Below, in pieces: positions 41,318 through 51,971 of a stretch of DNA of 64,000 bases. The stretch comes from Thainema sp. (lineage in GTDB: Bacteria > Cyanobacteriota > Cyanobacteriia > Phormidesmidales > Phormidesmidaceae). Where the stretch lies: assembly GCA_052168235.1 (NCBI GenBank), contig JBQLZK010000006.1, positions 1-64,000 of the forward strand. The letters run 5' to 3'. Within the stretch, counting starts at the first letter, position 1. Each line of letters begins with the position of its first letter. The position numbers were made by a program, and so were the translations under genes. The notes below the pieces were generated by a model, which saw nothing but the letters and a program-made list of their open reading frames with translations, did not search any database and had not been told where the DNA came from.

Positions 41318-41584
41318 ATGCCTCTCTACGAATTTCGCTGCACCACCTGCGGTATTTTTGACCAGTGGCGCTCAATGGCCGAATCCAGTCTGCCTGCTTT
41401 TTGCCCAACCTGTGATGTGCAAGGAAAGCGAATCTACTCACCGCCCGCAATCAATCTTTCATCGGCACTACCTAGCCGGTCTCGTCGTTCAGAACCAGAA
41501 GTCGTAACGCAATCAAACCGTGAGCCAGAGAAACCCAAATTCCAAGGTCAACGCTGTGGTCGCCCGTGGATGCTGAATCACTGA
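41318..41584 (+). CDS. fmdB: FmdB-family zinc-ribbon protein
   Basis: MPLYEFRCTTCG..CPTC; C-terminal RPWMLNH. Confidence 0.88.
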   Translation: MPLYEFRCTTCGIFDQWRSMAESSLPAFCPTCDVQGKRIYSPPAINLSSALPSRSRRSEPEVVTQSNREPEKPKFQGQRCGRPWMLNH

Positions 41585-41592
41585 CGAATCAT

Positions 41593-41681
41593 TAGACTTT
41601 ATCGGAAATTGTTTTGTAGTGCGGCTCAGCCGCGCTACAAAACAGTTTCCAACCCCAAAACTTTATTTCCAATAAAGTCTA
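41593..41681. repeat. Palindromic dispersed element
   Basis: Outer IR TAGACTTTAT/ATAAAGTCTA; inner hairpin 41604-41650 with TCA loop. Confidence 0.8.
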
Positions 41682-41784
41682 TTGACGAATTATTGATAGG
41701 GTGATTGGGCTGCACCGTGTTAATGTTTGCCGACTTATCAGTTTGCCCTGCTAATCTAGTGAAAGTCAGCAGGGCAAAAACGAG

Positions 41785-42432
41785 ATGAAAGTTAAGCACA
41801 GCATCAATCTCAGTAAAGGATTAACGGCTCCTTTTGTGCTGGGCCTGATGATGATTTATCAAAATTTTTCAGTAGCAGCCTGGGTTTATCTAGCGCTGCA
41901 TGGCACATACGGGATGTTGTGGCTGCTGAAAGATCGACTCTATCCCGATAAGCAGTGGGAACAAGAAATCTCTTTGCCAATGGGGTTGATAACGTTTGCT
42001 GTGGTGAATCTGTATTGGGTTGCGCCGTTTATTTTGATTAGCACTGGCGCTCAACCACCATTACCTTTAATTGCGGCTGCGATCGCAACTAATATTCTGG
42101 GCGTGTTTCTGCACTACGGCAGTGATGCGCAGAAGTATTACACCCTCAAGTACAAATCTGGGCTAATTACAGAGGGCTTTTTTGCCCGTTGCCGCAACCC
42201 CAACTATCTCGGCGAAATCTTCATTTATTTGGGATTTGCCATGCTGACGATGCACTGGCTACCGTTTGTGATTCTGGGCGGATTTGTTGCGGGTGTCTTT
42301 GTACCCAATATGCGGAAAAAGGATCAATCGCTGTCTCGTTACCCGGAATTCGAAGCGTACAAAGCGAGATCGGGACTGATTATTCCGAAGCTGTTTGTTA
42401 ATCAGCAGCAGATAACTGAGGAATCAGCATAA
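41785..42432 (+). CDS. DUF1295 / steroid-reductase-ICMT-like membrane protein
   Basis: SDAQKYYTL, GLITEGFFARCRNPNYLGE, YPEFEAYK. Confidence 0.85.
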   Translation: MKVKHSINLSKGLTAPFVLGLMMIYQNFSVAAWVYLALHGTYGMLWLLKDRLYPDKQWEQEISLPMGLITFAVVNLYWVAPFILISTGAQPPLPLIAAAIATNILGVFLHYGSDAQKYYTLKYKSGLITEGFFARCRNPNYLGEIFIYLGFAMLTMHWLPFVILGGFVAGVFVPNMRKKDQSLSRYPEFEAYKARSGLIIPKLFVNQQQITEESA

Positions 42433-42455
42433 GTAGAGGTGCGATCGCAACCGTT

Positions 42456-42713
42456 TCATTCATAATGCGACCACACGGAAACGACGCGAATGGTTTTTGT
42501 TTCGTTGTCTACCGAATAAACCAAGCGGTGTTTGATATTGATGCGCCGCGAATAGTACCCCTGAAGATTTCCTGCGAGTTTTTCATAGGGTGGCTCATAA
42601 GGATTGCGCCTGAGAATGTCTCGTAAACTCTTAAGATTAGTCTCTAGATTGGCTGCTCTTAGCTTTTTCGCGTCCTTCAGAACTTGACGACTAAACTGAA
42701 TCGTCCATTCCAT
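42456..42713 (-). CDS. Txe/YoeB family toxin
   Basis: PPYEKLAGNLQGYYSRRINIKHRLVY..WSHYE. Confidence 0.93.
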   Translation of the reverse strand: MEWTIQFSRQVLKDAKKLRAANLETNLKSLRDILRRNPYEPPYEKLAGNLQGYYSRRINIKHRLVYSVDNETKTIRVVSVWSHYE

Positions 42714-42960
42714 CTAATTCTTCCAAAAACTCCTCTTCTGAAACCCACTCATCCGCCTGTTCAGCCGCCTTTACCGAGGCTACTAAACCTGGAATTGACT
42801 GCAAGTAAAGAGTTTCTTGCAAGCTATCCCAATCAGCTTTGGACAGCAAAACAGCGTTTCCTTTGCGACTGGTAATTTCTCGGGGGATGTGATCTTTGTT
42901 GACTTGCTCAACTAGGTTAAACAGGTTAGCTCTAGCCTGACTTGCACTGAGAGACTCCAT
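42691..42960 (-). CDS. Phd/YefM family antitoxin
   Basis: SASQARANLFNL..GNAVLLS..WDSLQETLYL; GTAC-N8-GTAC operator-like site upstream near 42978-42994. Confidence 0.93.
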   Translation of the reverse strand: MESLSASQARANLFNLVEQVNKDHIPREITSRKGNAVLLSKADWDSLQETLYLQSIPGLVASVKAAEQADEWVSEEEFLEELDGMDDSV

Positions 42961-43019
42961 TGACAACCTCAATTGATGTACGACTTATTGTACTGTGGAG
43001 AATTTGAGAACTGCCAGTA

Positions 43020-43481
43020 TTAGTCCTCTTGCACAACTGGATACTGATCAAAGCGATGCATCAAATCCAGAAGCTCCTCCTGTGTGGGTTGCCGACCGTC
43101 TTTTGTCAGTTCAGCCAGTCCTTCAAAATATTGTTCACGTGAATCGGCAGGACAGAACATAATCAACAATTTTGCGGGTACATCTCCTGGATTGGAGAAG
43201 CCATGCGGCGTATTTTCGGGAACTAGCATGAGTGCGCCTGGGGCAGCCGATATCCGTTCCTGATTGAGAACCAGCTCAACTGCCCCTTCCACGACGTAAA
43301 AGATTTCCGTCAGTTGCTTGTGAATGTGGGGGCTGGCACCACCACTACCCGGTGCCATCGTGAATTCGAATAAGCCGAAGTGACCGTGGGTATCGTCACC
43401 CGTGACCTTGAAGGTGCAGGTACTAGTGCGAATCTGCACAGAGCGACCTTCACCAGGCTGCAAAATTAGCGGTAAAGACAT
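43020..43481 (-). CDS. Cupin-domain protein
   Basis: PHIHKQLTEIFYVVEG, VPENTPHGF. Confidence 0.9.
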   Translation of the reverse strand: MSLPLILQPGEGRSVQIRTSTCTFKVTGDDTHGHFGLFEFTMAPGSGGASPHIHKQLTEIFYVVEGAVELVLNQERISAAPGALMLVPENTPHGFSNPGDVPAKLLIMFCPADSREQYFEGLAELTKDGRQPTQEELLDLMHRFDQYPVVQED

Positions 43482-43542
43482 GAGACCTTTTATATTTAAT
43501 GGGGCAATTGCGACAACCATAACCGCATTAATTTTAATCAGC

Positions 43543-44253
43543 TCATCTGCTGCTGAACTCAGGCCGTACGATTCTTAGCATCTCGTTCGCACCTTTTTGG
43601 AACTCGTACGCCACTGGCACCTGTTCAACGCTGTATCCCGCTTCAGTGAAGGTGTTGATGACGGGATCAAGGTGTTGCGATCGCAGTAAATCCAGCGTCA
43701 GCAGCGGAAAAATTCGCACTTCGGAACTGACGCGCAGCATGTCGCGAATCGAGTCAATGTGAAACGCCGTATCAAAATGGTCAGAGTACAGAAACAGCAG
43801 GTGAGAACATAGCGCTAGGTCAAACGCATTGTCGGCAATATCCAAACTGGGCAGCGTCTGCACCTGATAGCGTCTCTCGCGCTGGCCCTGGTCGTAGTCC
43901 TGAATAAACCGCTGGATGGTTTGGCTGCGACTCTGGCGCAAATCTGCGGGGGAACGGTGATAGCCCCAGACATAATCATTGGACGTTGCGGTCACCTGTT
44001 CAATAATGTCGTCCACGACGGTATTGAAGCGCTCTAGGATATCGGCTCCGCTAAATTGGTAAATGGGATCAACTGACAGGACAGACGCGCCCAGCGCGGT
44101 CGCTTCGGCGTTGAAGCTGGCTGGCCCATCGCCTACGCCAATGATGCGCCGCTGCAAGTCGGCATCGGTTAGATTAAAAATCTTGCGATATTCATCCAGG
44201 GAGCGACCAAAGGGGACAACCTGTTGAAGTTTTACAACCATTTGCGATGACAA
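43543..44253 (-). CDS. SAM-dependent methyltransferase-like protein
   Basis: GRSLDEY, GVGDGPASF, FDLALCSHLLF, YEFQKG. Confidence 0.85.
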   Translation of the reverse strand: MSSQMVVKLQQVVPFGRSLDEYRKIFNLTDADLQRRIIGVGDGPASFNAEATALGASVLSVDPIYQFSGADILERFNTVVDDIIEQVTATSNDYVWGYHRSPADLRQSRSQTIQRFIQDYDQGQRERRYQVQTLPSLDIADNAFDLALCSHLLFLYSDHFDTAFHIDSIRDMLRVSSEVRIFPLLTLDLLRSQHLDPVINTFTEAGYSVEQVPVAYEFQKGANEMLRIVRPEFSSR

Positions 44254-44381
44254 AACGCTATCAATAGAGTTTAGCTAGCCTCTGTAAAACAACAGCATCT
44301 GAATCGTTGTGTTTTGATAATAGAAATGCATCTTGTTAATTGATTGACAAATATCGTAAGCCCACAATCGTGAACTGAACG

Positions 44382-45209
44382 ATGAGCCAACCCCTCACCC
44401 ATTTGTCTCAAGGCCATCTCAACCTGTTAGAGCAGTGTCCCCGCAAGTTTCAGCATACGTACCTGGATCAGTTGCGGACTCCGCCGACGCCGGAGCAGCA
44501 GCAGCGCATGGAGTGGGGGCAGCATTTTCACTTGCTCATGCAGCAGCGCGAGTTGGGTTTACCGCTGGATGTCCCGGCTCAGACAGAACCGGATCTCTCT
44601 CAGGCCATGCAGGCTCTGATTGCGGCGGCCCCCGATGTGTTTACGCCAACTCCCGATCAGTTTCGCCAGAGTGAACATCGCCGCACGCTAGAAGTGCAGG
44701 GCTACTTGCTGACGGTTGTGTATGACCTGTTGCTGCTAGAGCCAAGTCAAGCTCAAATCCTCGACTGGAAAACCTATCCCAGACCGCACAATCGCGATCG
44801 CTTAGCGCGAGATTGGCAAACGCGGCTCTATCTGTACGTGTTGGCAGAAACCACTGATCTAGAGCCGGAGCAGATTTCGATGACCTACTGGTTTACGAGA
44901 ACCGGACAATCAGGGGGCGCTCATTCATCCCATCAGCCTGCCTATAAACCGCAGTGCGATCGCTTTGCCTACAACCACACATGGCATGAGCAGACGCGCC
45001 AGCAGTTGACCACCTTACTCACGCGGTTGACGCAGTGGCAGCAGGATTACCAACAGGGAATTGAATTCCCGCAGGTGAGTCTAGAAAACGGAAGTTGCGA
45101 TCGCTGTTCTCATGCCATTCGCTGTTATCGGCTGGATGCCCAACCACAACCGTTTGATGTCGCGGCAATGTCCATGTCTCTAGATGAGATCGAAGAGGTC
45201 GTTCTCTAG
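44382..45209 (+). CDS. PD-(D/E)xK nuclease family protein (RecB/Cas4-like fold)
   Basis: QCPRKF, YDLL..ILDWKT, QTRLY, CDRC...C. Confidence 0.88.
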   Translation: MSQPLTHLSQGHLNLLEQCPRKFQHTYLDQLRTPPTPEQQQRMEWGQHFHLLMQQRELGLPLDVPAQTEPDLSQAMQALIAAAPDVFTPTPDQFRQSEHRRTLEVQGYLLTVVYDLLLLEPSQAQILDWKTYPRPHNRDRLARDWQTRLYLYVLAETTDLEPEQISMTYWFTRTGQSGGAHSSHQPAYKPQCDRFAYNHTWHEQTRQQLTTLLTRLTQWQQDYQQGIEFPQVSLENGSCDRCSHAIRCYRLDAQPQPFDVAAMSMSLDEIEEVVL

Positions 45210-45263
45210 GACGAAATCTACCAGGAAAACCCAGACTATAGTGATTTCAGTTAAGAGTGAGAA

Positions 45264-45310
45264 AACGAGAGAGGAGAGTGCCTCAGGCTGAGGCACTCTC
45301 CTCTCTCGTT
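45264..45310. terminator. Perfect 22-bp-arm hairpin between convergent genes
   Basis: AACGAGAGAGGAGAGTGCCTCA-GGC-TGAGGCACTCTCCTCTCTCGTT. Confidence 0.65.
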
Positions 45311-45349
45311 CTTAAAATCATGACCGATGCACCGCTGCCAGATAGAGTT

Positions 45350-46429
45350 TTACGCCACGATTGACGTTTTCGGACGTGCGAAGATCATTCGGCCTGCCGA
45401 TGTTTGTAGAGAGCCCGTTACGACCACGCCCATCTCGTCACCGATATAATCTGCACCTTCCTCGACCACAACCATCGTGCCATCATTCAGATAGCCAACG
45501 CCCTGCGAGGCTTCTTTACCTTCTTTGAGAATACGCAGTTCCAGATCATCACCTGGCAAATAGGCAGGACGTAGCGACTGGGCCAGATCGTTGATATTGA
45601 GGACTACTACCTGCTGTAGGCTGGCAACCTTATTGAGGTTATAGTCATTCGTCAGCAAGGTTCCATGAATTTCTTGCGTCAGCCGCACCAGTTTGGCATC
45701 GACGGTCGTGAGGTCGTCATAATCCGTGGTGTTGATGACAAGGCGGTTGGGATAGGCCTCTTGCATGCGTTTGAGAATATCGAGTCCCCGCCGACCCCGC
45801 ACTCGCTTTTGGTCATTGGAACCGTCGGCAATCAACTGCAGCTCTTGCAGCACAAACTGGGGGATGAGAATTTGACCTTCGAGAAAGCCGGTTTGCAGCA
45901 ACTCCTCGATCCGACCGTCGATGATGCAGCTAGTGTCCAGCACCTTGGTCGTTGAAGGCTTGAGGGTGCCCTCAGCCAGCAGCATGGTTTCAACACTGTT
46001 GGGATTAATCAGCCGCAGCAGCGCCCGACCGTGAGCATCGGCCAGATTAACTCCTGTCACCGCAAAGATAACGCTACCAAGGACGGCGGTTAGGGGTTTA
46101 ATAAAGGCAAATTCTTGTGGAATGGGCAGCAAGAACAGCGGGGCCAGCATTAGATTCGCGACCAGCAAACCCAGCACGAGACCCACCGCACGGCTGAGTA
46201 GTTGATCGACTGGCATGTCCCGAACTTGGGCTTCCACTCGACGATAGGTGGTTTGAGCGGTGATGCCTATTCCTAAGCCCAGCAGACCGCCAAAACCTGC
46301 CGTTACTAAGCTTAAGCCTTCTAGATTGGTGACTTGGGCGAGAGTATTTTCTGGCAGCAGTTCAACGCCATAAAAGCCAATGCCTGCCCCTGCTAGGATG
46401 AATGAGAAAATAATAATGGTATCAAGCAT
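45350..46429 (-). CDS. PIN/TRAM domain membrane protein (YacL-like)
   Basis: LDTSCIIDGRI, RGRRGLD, TNDYNL, GYLNDGTMVVVE, QTSAGRMIF. Confidence 0.93.
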   Translation of the reverse strand: MLDTIIIFSFILAGAGIGFYGVELLPENTLAQVTNLEGLSLVTAGFGGLLGLGIGITAQTTYRRVEAQVRDMPVDQLLSRAVGLVLGLLVANLMLAPLFLLPIPQEFAFIKPLTAVLGSVIFAVTGVNLADAHGRALLRLINPNSVETMLLAEGTLKPSTTKVLDTSCIIDGRIEELLQTGFLEGQILIPQFVLQELQLIADGSNDQKRVRGRRGLDILKRMQEAYPNRLVINTTDYDDLTTVDAKLVRLTQEIHGTLLTNDYNLNKVASLQQVVVLNINDLAQSLRPAYLPGDDLELRILKEGKEASQGVGYLNDGTMVVVEEGADYIGDEMGVVVTGSLQTSAGRMIFARPKTSIVA

Positions 46430-46566
46430 AGTTTCCCAGCCCTTGGACAATGGTCTGAAACCGTAGTCAAATTCTTGGCCTCATTATATCGCTCTCATTC
46501 CCAGGACTTGTTCAGCGTGGCCAATTGTAGCGTATAGACACAATTTACCTTCCATCGCGATCAACG

Positions 46567-47883
46567 ATGAATCATGACCCCACACGCTGGCATGGCAATC
46601 CTCAGGCTGCTTATGTGCATATTCCGTTTTGCCGTCGGCGCTGCTTTTACTGCGATTTCCCGATTTCGGTGGTGGGCGATCGCAAACGAGGTGAAACGTC
46701 AGGCACGATTGCTCAGTATGTTGACGAGTTATGTCAGGAAATCATAGCAACACCAAAGATTGCAAACCGTCCGTTGCGAACCGTGTTTTTTGGTGGCGGC
46801 ACCCCATCTTTACTCGCCGTTGAGCAAGTCCAGCAGATACTGGATACGTTGCACCAGCAGTTTGGCATTGCGGCCCCTGCCGAAATTTCGATGGAAATGG
46901 ATCCTGGCACGTTCGATTTAGCCCATGTCACGGGGTATCGAGAGGCCGGAGTAAATCGGATTAGCTTGGGCGTGCAGGCATTTGATGATGATCTGCTGGA
47001 ACGCTGTGGTCGCTTTCACCGGGTTGCGGATGTGTATCAAGCCGTTGATCTACTCAAGACGGCGGGGGTGAAAAATTTCAGCCTTGATTTGATTTCGGGT
47101 CTGCCGACTCAAACCTTGACCCAGTGGCAGACATTTCTAAAAAACGCGATCGCACTTCAGCCTGCCCATATCTCTGTCTATGATTTGACGATTGAACCGA
47201 TGACACCGTTTGGGCGGCAGTATGAACCGGGCCTTGCGCCTCTGCCGTCCGATGAAGCCACCACCGAGATGTATCGCATGGCGCAGCAGGTTCTCACGCA
47301 GGCTGGCTATCGCCACTACGAAATTTCCAACTATGCCCAGCCCGGATATGAATGCCGCCACAATCTGGTGTATTGGCACAATCAGCCTTACTACGGCTTC
47401 GGTATGGGAGCCGCCAGTTATATCAACAACCAGCGCTTCTCCCGGCCCCGCACCCGCCGCGAGTATTTTGACTGGGTCGCAGCTTATCAGCAGAATCACG
47501 GCAAAATCGAGTGCGATCGCACATCCCCAACGGAGCAAATGCTGGATACGCTAATGCTCAATCTGCGTCTGGCCGACGGCATCCCACTGGTGGATTTGCA
47601 AGATCGCTTTGGTGCAGAGCGCCTGCGTCAAGTTAGCCAAATCTTACTGCCCTTTTGCGATCGCAATTGGATCATCCTCAAACATCATCAATCATCAACC
47701 CCGACCGCGCTCTCCCCCCAAGCTACTCAACAACTGCTCACACCTTTGGTGAATCGGAACGAGACGTGCGATCGCAACCCCGATCTAACTCATTTCCACC
47801 TCTGCCTCAGCGATCCAGAAGGCTTTTTGTTCTCAAATGTGGTGTTGTCGAGTTTATTTCAGGCATTGGATGGTGAGACCTGA
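46567..47883 (+). CDS. hemW: Radical SAM heme chaperone (HemN-like)
   Basis: YVHIPFCRRRCFYCDF, GGGTPS, HYEISNYA, HNLVYW. Confidence 0.9.
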   Translation: MNHDPTRWHGNPQAAYVHIPFCRRRCFYCDFPISVVGDRKRGETSGTIAQYVDELCQEIIATPKIANRPLRTVFFGGGTPSLLAVEQVQQILDTLHQQFGIAAPAEISMEMDPGTFDLAHVTGYREAGVNRISLGVQAFDDDLLERCGRFHRVADVYQAVDLLKTAGVKNFSLDLISGLPTQTLTQWQTFLKNAIALQPAHISVYDLTIEPMTPFGRQYEPGLAPLPSDEATTEMYRMAQQVLTQAGYRHYEISNYAQPGYECRHNLVYWHNQPYYGFGMGAASYINNQRFSRPRTRREYFDWVAAYQQNHGKIECDRTSPTEQMLDTLMLNLRLADGIPLVDLQDRFGAERLRQVSQILLPFCDRNWIILKHHQSSTPTALSPQATQQLLTPLVNRNETCDRNPDLTHFHLCLSDPEGFLFSNVVLSSLFQALDGET

Positions 47884-47945
47884 GGTCAACTCTGGCCGGA
47901 TCTCTCTACTAATCGATCGGTTTTCCTCCCATTCATTTCCAATCG

Positions 47946-47961
47946 GTTCGGTCAATTCGAC
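47946..47961 (+). promoter_or_regulatory. K-box-like element upstream of dnaK
   Basis: GTTCGG-TCAA-TTCGAC versus the consensus GTTCGG-NNAN-CCNNAC (2 mismatches). Confidence 0.4.
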
Positions 47962-48120
47962 TGCATATGTGATTAAAGCCGAATTGGGTTACCCCGAAGG
48001 CTTGCCTATCCTAATAATTAAGCGCTCACAAAAAGCAACCTCACTGTAATTCTTACCAATTCATTTTTTGAGTCGCAGTTTTTAGATTAGGACGCAGATT
48101 AGGGAAGTTAGAGAATCAAT

Positions 48121-50025
48121 ATGGCTAAGATTGTTGGAATTGACTTAGGTACAACCAACTCCTGTGTAGCGGTTATGGAAGGTGGTAAGCCAACTGTAAT
48201 TGCCAACTCAGAAGGCGGACGCACAACCCCATCCGTTGTCGCCTACGCCAAAAATGGCGATCGCTTGGTGGGCCAAATTGCGAAGCGTCAGGCCGTCATG
48301 AATCCACAGAATACTTTTTATTCCGTGAAGCGATTCATCGGTCGAAAATCCGACGAAGTGAAGCAAGAAACCACCGAGGTTTCCTATACCGTTGAGCGAG
48401 ACAGCAGCGGCAATGTCAAACTGGACTGTCCACAGCAGAGCAAGAAATTCGCCCCAGAAGAAGTCTCTGCTCAGGTACTTCGTAAGCTGGTCGATGATGC
48501 TAGCAAGTATCTCGGCGAAACCGTGACCCAAGCGGTCATCACTGTCCCGGCATACTTCAACGACTCGCAGCGACAGGCCACCAAAGATGCAGGGAAAATC
48601 GCTGGCGTTGAAGTCCTGCGGATTATCAACGAGCCGACTGCCGCATCATTGGCTTACGGTCTCGACAAGAAGAGCAACGAAACCATTCTGGTCTTTGACT
48701 TGGGTGGTGGTACGTTCGACGTATCCGTCTTAGAAGTCGGTGACGGCGTGTTTGAAGTCCTGTCTACCTCTGGTGACACTCACTTAGGTGGTGACGACTT
48801 CGACAAGAAGATTGTGGACTGGATTGCCGAAGAGTTTCAGCGCAATGAAGGCGTTGATCTACGCAAAGATAAGCAAGCGCTCCAGCGACTGACTGAAGCC
48901 GCTGAGAAAGCCAAGATCGAGCTATCTAGCGCAACCCAGGCCAGCATCAGCCTGCCGTTCATTACGGCGACGCAGGACGGGCCGAAGCACGTTGACATGA
49001 CCTTGACCCGCGCTCAGTTTGAGTCCCTCTGCTCTGATCTGCTGGATCGCTGTCGCGTACCCGTGGAGCAGGCGCTGAAGGATGCCAAACTGTCAGCGTC
49101 TGACCTAGATGAAGTCGTGCTAGTGGGTGGTTCAACCCGGATTCCGGCAGTACAGGAACTGGTGAAGCGGATTACCAACAAAGATCCGAACCAAGGCGTG
49201 AACCCTGACGAAGTGGTTGCCATTGGTGCCGCAGTCCAAGCGGGTGTCCTCGGTGGCGAAGTGAAAGATATTTTGCTGCTTGACGTGACGCCGCTGTCCC
49301 TCGGTGTAGAAACGATGGGTAGCGTCATGACCAAACTCATCCCGCGTAACACCACCATTCCGGCCAAGAAGTCTGAGGTCTTCTCGACTGCTCAGGATGG
49401 CCAAACCAGCGTTGAAATCAACGTCCTCCAGGGTGAGCGGGAAATGGCTAATGACAACAAGAGCTTGGGCACGTTCCGTCTTGACGGTATTCCTGCCGCA
49501 CCCCGTGGCGTACCGCAAATCGAAGTCACCTTTGATATTGACGCCAACGGTATCCTGTCTGTCTCCGCGCAGGACAAAGCATCCGGTAAGCAGCAGTCGA
49601 TTACGATCACTGGCGCATCCACGCTGGATGACAACGAAATCAACCGCATGGTCAAGGATGCTGAAGCGAATGCGGAAGCTGACCGCCAACGCCGTGAATT
49701 AGTTGACGCTAAGAACAGTGCCGATGCCCTGGCTTATCAGGCCGAGAAGCAGCTCAAGGATCTCAATGGTCAAGTGCCTGAAGCCGATAAGACCCGCGTC
49801 GAAGCCCTGGTCAAGGATCTGCGGGAAGCGGTGAACAGCGAAGATCGCGATCGCATTCAGTCCCTCACCCATGATCTGCAACAGGCACTCATGCAAGTGG
49901 GCAGCGCTGTTTACGGTCAGGCACAGCAGGCCCAAGCTGACGGTGCAACTGGCACGGGTGAAGCGGGTTCTGCCAACGGCAGCAATGACGATGTGATTGA
50001 CGCTGACTTTGTCGAGTCGAAGTAG
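48121..50025 (+). CDS. dnaK: Chaperone DnaK
   Basis: [28 protein letters not shown]-terminal DDVIDADF. Confidence 0.98.
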   Translation: MAKIVGIDLGTTNSCVAVMEGGKPTVIANSEGGRTTPSVVAYAKNGDRLVGQIAKRQAVMNPQNTFYSVKRFIGRKSDEVKQETTEVSYTVERDSSGNVKLDCPQQSKKFAPEEVSAQVLRKLVDDASKYLGETVTQAVITVPAYFNDSQRQATKDAGKIAGVEVLRIINEPTAASLAYGLDKKSNETILVFDLGGGTFDVSVLEVGDGVFEVLSTSGDTHLGGDDFDKKIVDWIAEEFQRNEGVDLRKDKQALQRLTEAAEKAKIELSSATQASISLPFITATQDGPKHVDMTLTRAQFESLCSDLLDRCRVPVEQALKDAKLSASDLDEVVLVGGSTRIPAVQELVKRITNKDPNQGVNPDEVVAIGAAVQAGVLGGEVKDILLLDVTPLSLGVETMGSVMTKLIPRNTTIPAKKSEVFSTAQDGQTSVEINVLQGEREMANDNKSLGTFRLDGIPAAPRGVPQIEVTFDIDANGILSVSAQDKASGKQQSITITGASTLDDNEINRMVKDAEANAEADRQRRELVDAKNSADALAYQAEKQLKDLNGQVPEADKTRVEALVKDLREAVNSEDRDRIQSLTHDLQQALMQVGSAVYGQAQQAQADGATGTGEAGSANGSNDDVIDADFVESK

Positions 50026-50068
50026 TGTCGGCCATCACGCTTGCACCTTGCTGATTAGGAATTTGAAC

Positions 50069-50101
50069 GGTTTTTGCCGCCGCATTGCGGCGGCAAAAAC
50101 C
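50069..50101. terminator. Hairpin downstream of dnaK
   Basis: GGTTTTTGCCGCCGC-ATT-GCGGCGGCAAAAACC. Confidence 0.6.
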
Positions 50102-50294
50102 TCGTCAGGTTTGGGTGCAAATTGCATGCTTAAAAATTTTGCAGAGGAAGTGCAGCTGCGCTTCCTCTTTTTGGGGCGTATTGAGCTTTTTAAGTTTGGT
50201 CGTATTAAGGTGTGTTTGCAAAATTCGATTCAGTGAACCGAAACCTCTACAGTAAAAAGATGAGTGGAAATACTTTGTCGTACCCGATTAACTA

Positions 50295-50480
50295 ATGCGC
50301 GATTCTGATCTCACTGATGTCATCATCTGGACTCCCGAAGCGGAGGCCAAACTCAAAAACATCCCGTTTTTTGTGCGATCGCAGGCACGCCAGCGAATTG
50401 AGGCCATTGCCAGAGCTGCGGACGAGCAAACGGTCACAGTTGAACTGGTCGAACGAGTACGTCTCCAGTTCGGGCAGTAA
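50295..50480 (+). CDS. PCP_red-domain small protein (protochlorophyllide reductase C-terminal-like)
   Basis: [25 protein letters not shown]. Confidence 0.88.
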   Translation: MRDSDLTDVIIWTPEAEAKLKNIPFFVRSQARQRIEAIARAADEQTVTVELVERVRLQFGQ

Positions 50481-50542
50481 CGCTGTGCCAAATCAGCGCT
50501 GATAGTCAAGGTGCCGCGCATAGCGCGGCACCTTGACTGTTC

Positions 50543-51808
50543 TCAGTCACTGTGAGGTTCGAGTAGCGTTTCAGCAAATTCGTATAAATCCGATTCGGAA
50601 TGACCGCTAAGCTGCCGATCTTTCAGCTCCAGCAGACCCTGCGCCAGATTGGTGGCCTGCTTTTTGTAGAGATAATGCGCGCTCAGCAAGTCGAGATACA
50701 CTTCTCGCTCGATTTGGCTGCGATCGGCAGTCTCGGACAAAGGTGAAGCGTAGGCTGTGCTGCTGGCTTCATACTTGAGCAGAAAAATGAGTGCGCCGCT
50801 TTTTTCCTGGAGCTGATCCTGGAGCGATCGCACATCGAGATCGAGCCGTTCGAAGCCAACTTGTCCTTGAATCCTGAATTCCACGACGGGAGCAGGTTCC
50901 GCCGGAATCTTGCCGCTCTGGACAGCCTGTTCAACAGTTGCGATCGCAGTTTGTTCAATGTCTTCAATCGTTTCTTGACCACGTGTTTGCAGCGACAGGC
51001 GCACAACCGGACGCTGATAGTAATCTTGCTTGAGCGTGGCTTTAATCGTTTTCGTTTGTGGCTGCACATCAACCAGATAAACGCCTCGCTGATAGCTGGC
51101 TTCTTCGACGCTGTTCGCTTCCAGCGATCCTGGATTAAAGATCCAGCCCTCCATTTCATAATTTTTGTGGATGTGCCCCAGTGCCAGGTAGTCAATGCCG
51201 ACGTCTCTTAGTGGCAGCAGTTCGCTGTAGCGCAGCGCTCCGGCATAGCGAGCAATTTGATCCTCTAGCCCGTGGTGAAACATCAAAATGTTGGTTCCAG
51301 CATGGGCGGGCAGTTCCTGTACGGCTGCGGCAATTTGCTCAATCGCTTTCGGTGCAGTTGCGCCATACCAGTAGGCCCCAATGACGCGGACGCCGCAATC
51401 CAAGTCAATATAGCCTCCCCTGCGGCCATCCCACGGTTCATAAAATGGCTCACCTACAGCAACATCACCAGGTTCGAGCAAAATCAACTGGCCCCAATCC
51501 GACAGGTAGCGCAGCCAGCTTGTGTTGATGCCGTAGGGACGATTATCGTGATTTCCCTCAATCGCAATTACCGGAATGTTGGCCGCTTGCAGCATGCGTA
51601 AGCAAAGCTGTGCCTGGTTCAGCACCGAGGGTTGAATATTGCGGTGCTCAAACAAATCGCCAGCAATCAGCACAAAATCAACCTCTGCTTCGATGGCATA
51701 TCGCTCAAGGACATCGCGTAAAGCCAGAAAGAAATCTTTGGTGCGCTCTTTATTCTGGTAGCGATCGAATCCCAGATGAATATCTGCGAGATGCAAGAAA
51801 CGTGCCAT
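50543..51808 (-). CDS. sbcD: SbcD/Mre11-family DNA repair exonuclease
   Basis: ADIHLG, AGDLFE, GNHD, LGHIH, NPGSLE. Confidence 0.9.
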   Translation of the reverse strand: MARFLHLADIHLGFDRYQNKERTKDFFLALRDVLERYAIEAEVDFVLIAGDLFEHRNIQPSVLNQAQLCLRMLQAANIPVIAIEGNHDNRPYGINTSWLRYLSDWGQLILLEPGDVAVGEPFYEPWDGRRGGYIDLDCGVRVIGAYWYGATAPKAIEQIAAAVQELPAHAGTNILMFHHGLEDQIARYAGALRYSELLPLRDVGIDYLALGHIHKNYEMEGWIFNPGSLEANSVEEASYQRGVYLVDVQPQTKTIKATLKQDYYQRPVVRLSLQTRGQETIEDIEQTAIATVEQAVQSGKIPAEPAPVVEFRIQGQVGFERLDLDVRSLQDQLQEKSGALIFLLKYEASSTAYASPLSETADRSQIEREVYLDLLSAHYLYKKQATNLAQGLLELKDRQLSGHSESDLYEFAETLLEPHSD

Positions 51809-51877
51809 AAGCCAAGGCTCAATGAGTTCGACAAGCTGAATCAGTCAAGCTAAATGGTAGCAAGCTTGTTCCCAGAA

Positions 51878-51891
51878 AGTACATCTGTTTC
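51878..51891. promoter_or_regulatory. Possible LexA box upstream of sbcD
   Basis: AGTACATCTGTTTC, one mismatch to RGTAC-NNN-DGTWCB. Confidence 0.5.
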
Positions 51892-51971
51892 AAACAAAAC
51901 CTTTTTGTTACTCGCCCAGTCGCAACTGGGAAATCTTAAACTCAAAGGTCAATTCGGCGGGAATCGTCATC

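Noticed and set aside
44382..45209. Possible cas4
   Set aside because: No CRISPR or cas context; fits a stand-alone PD-(D/E)xK family protein.
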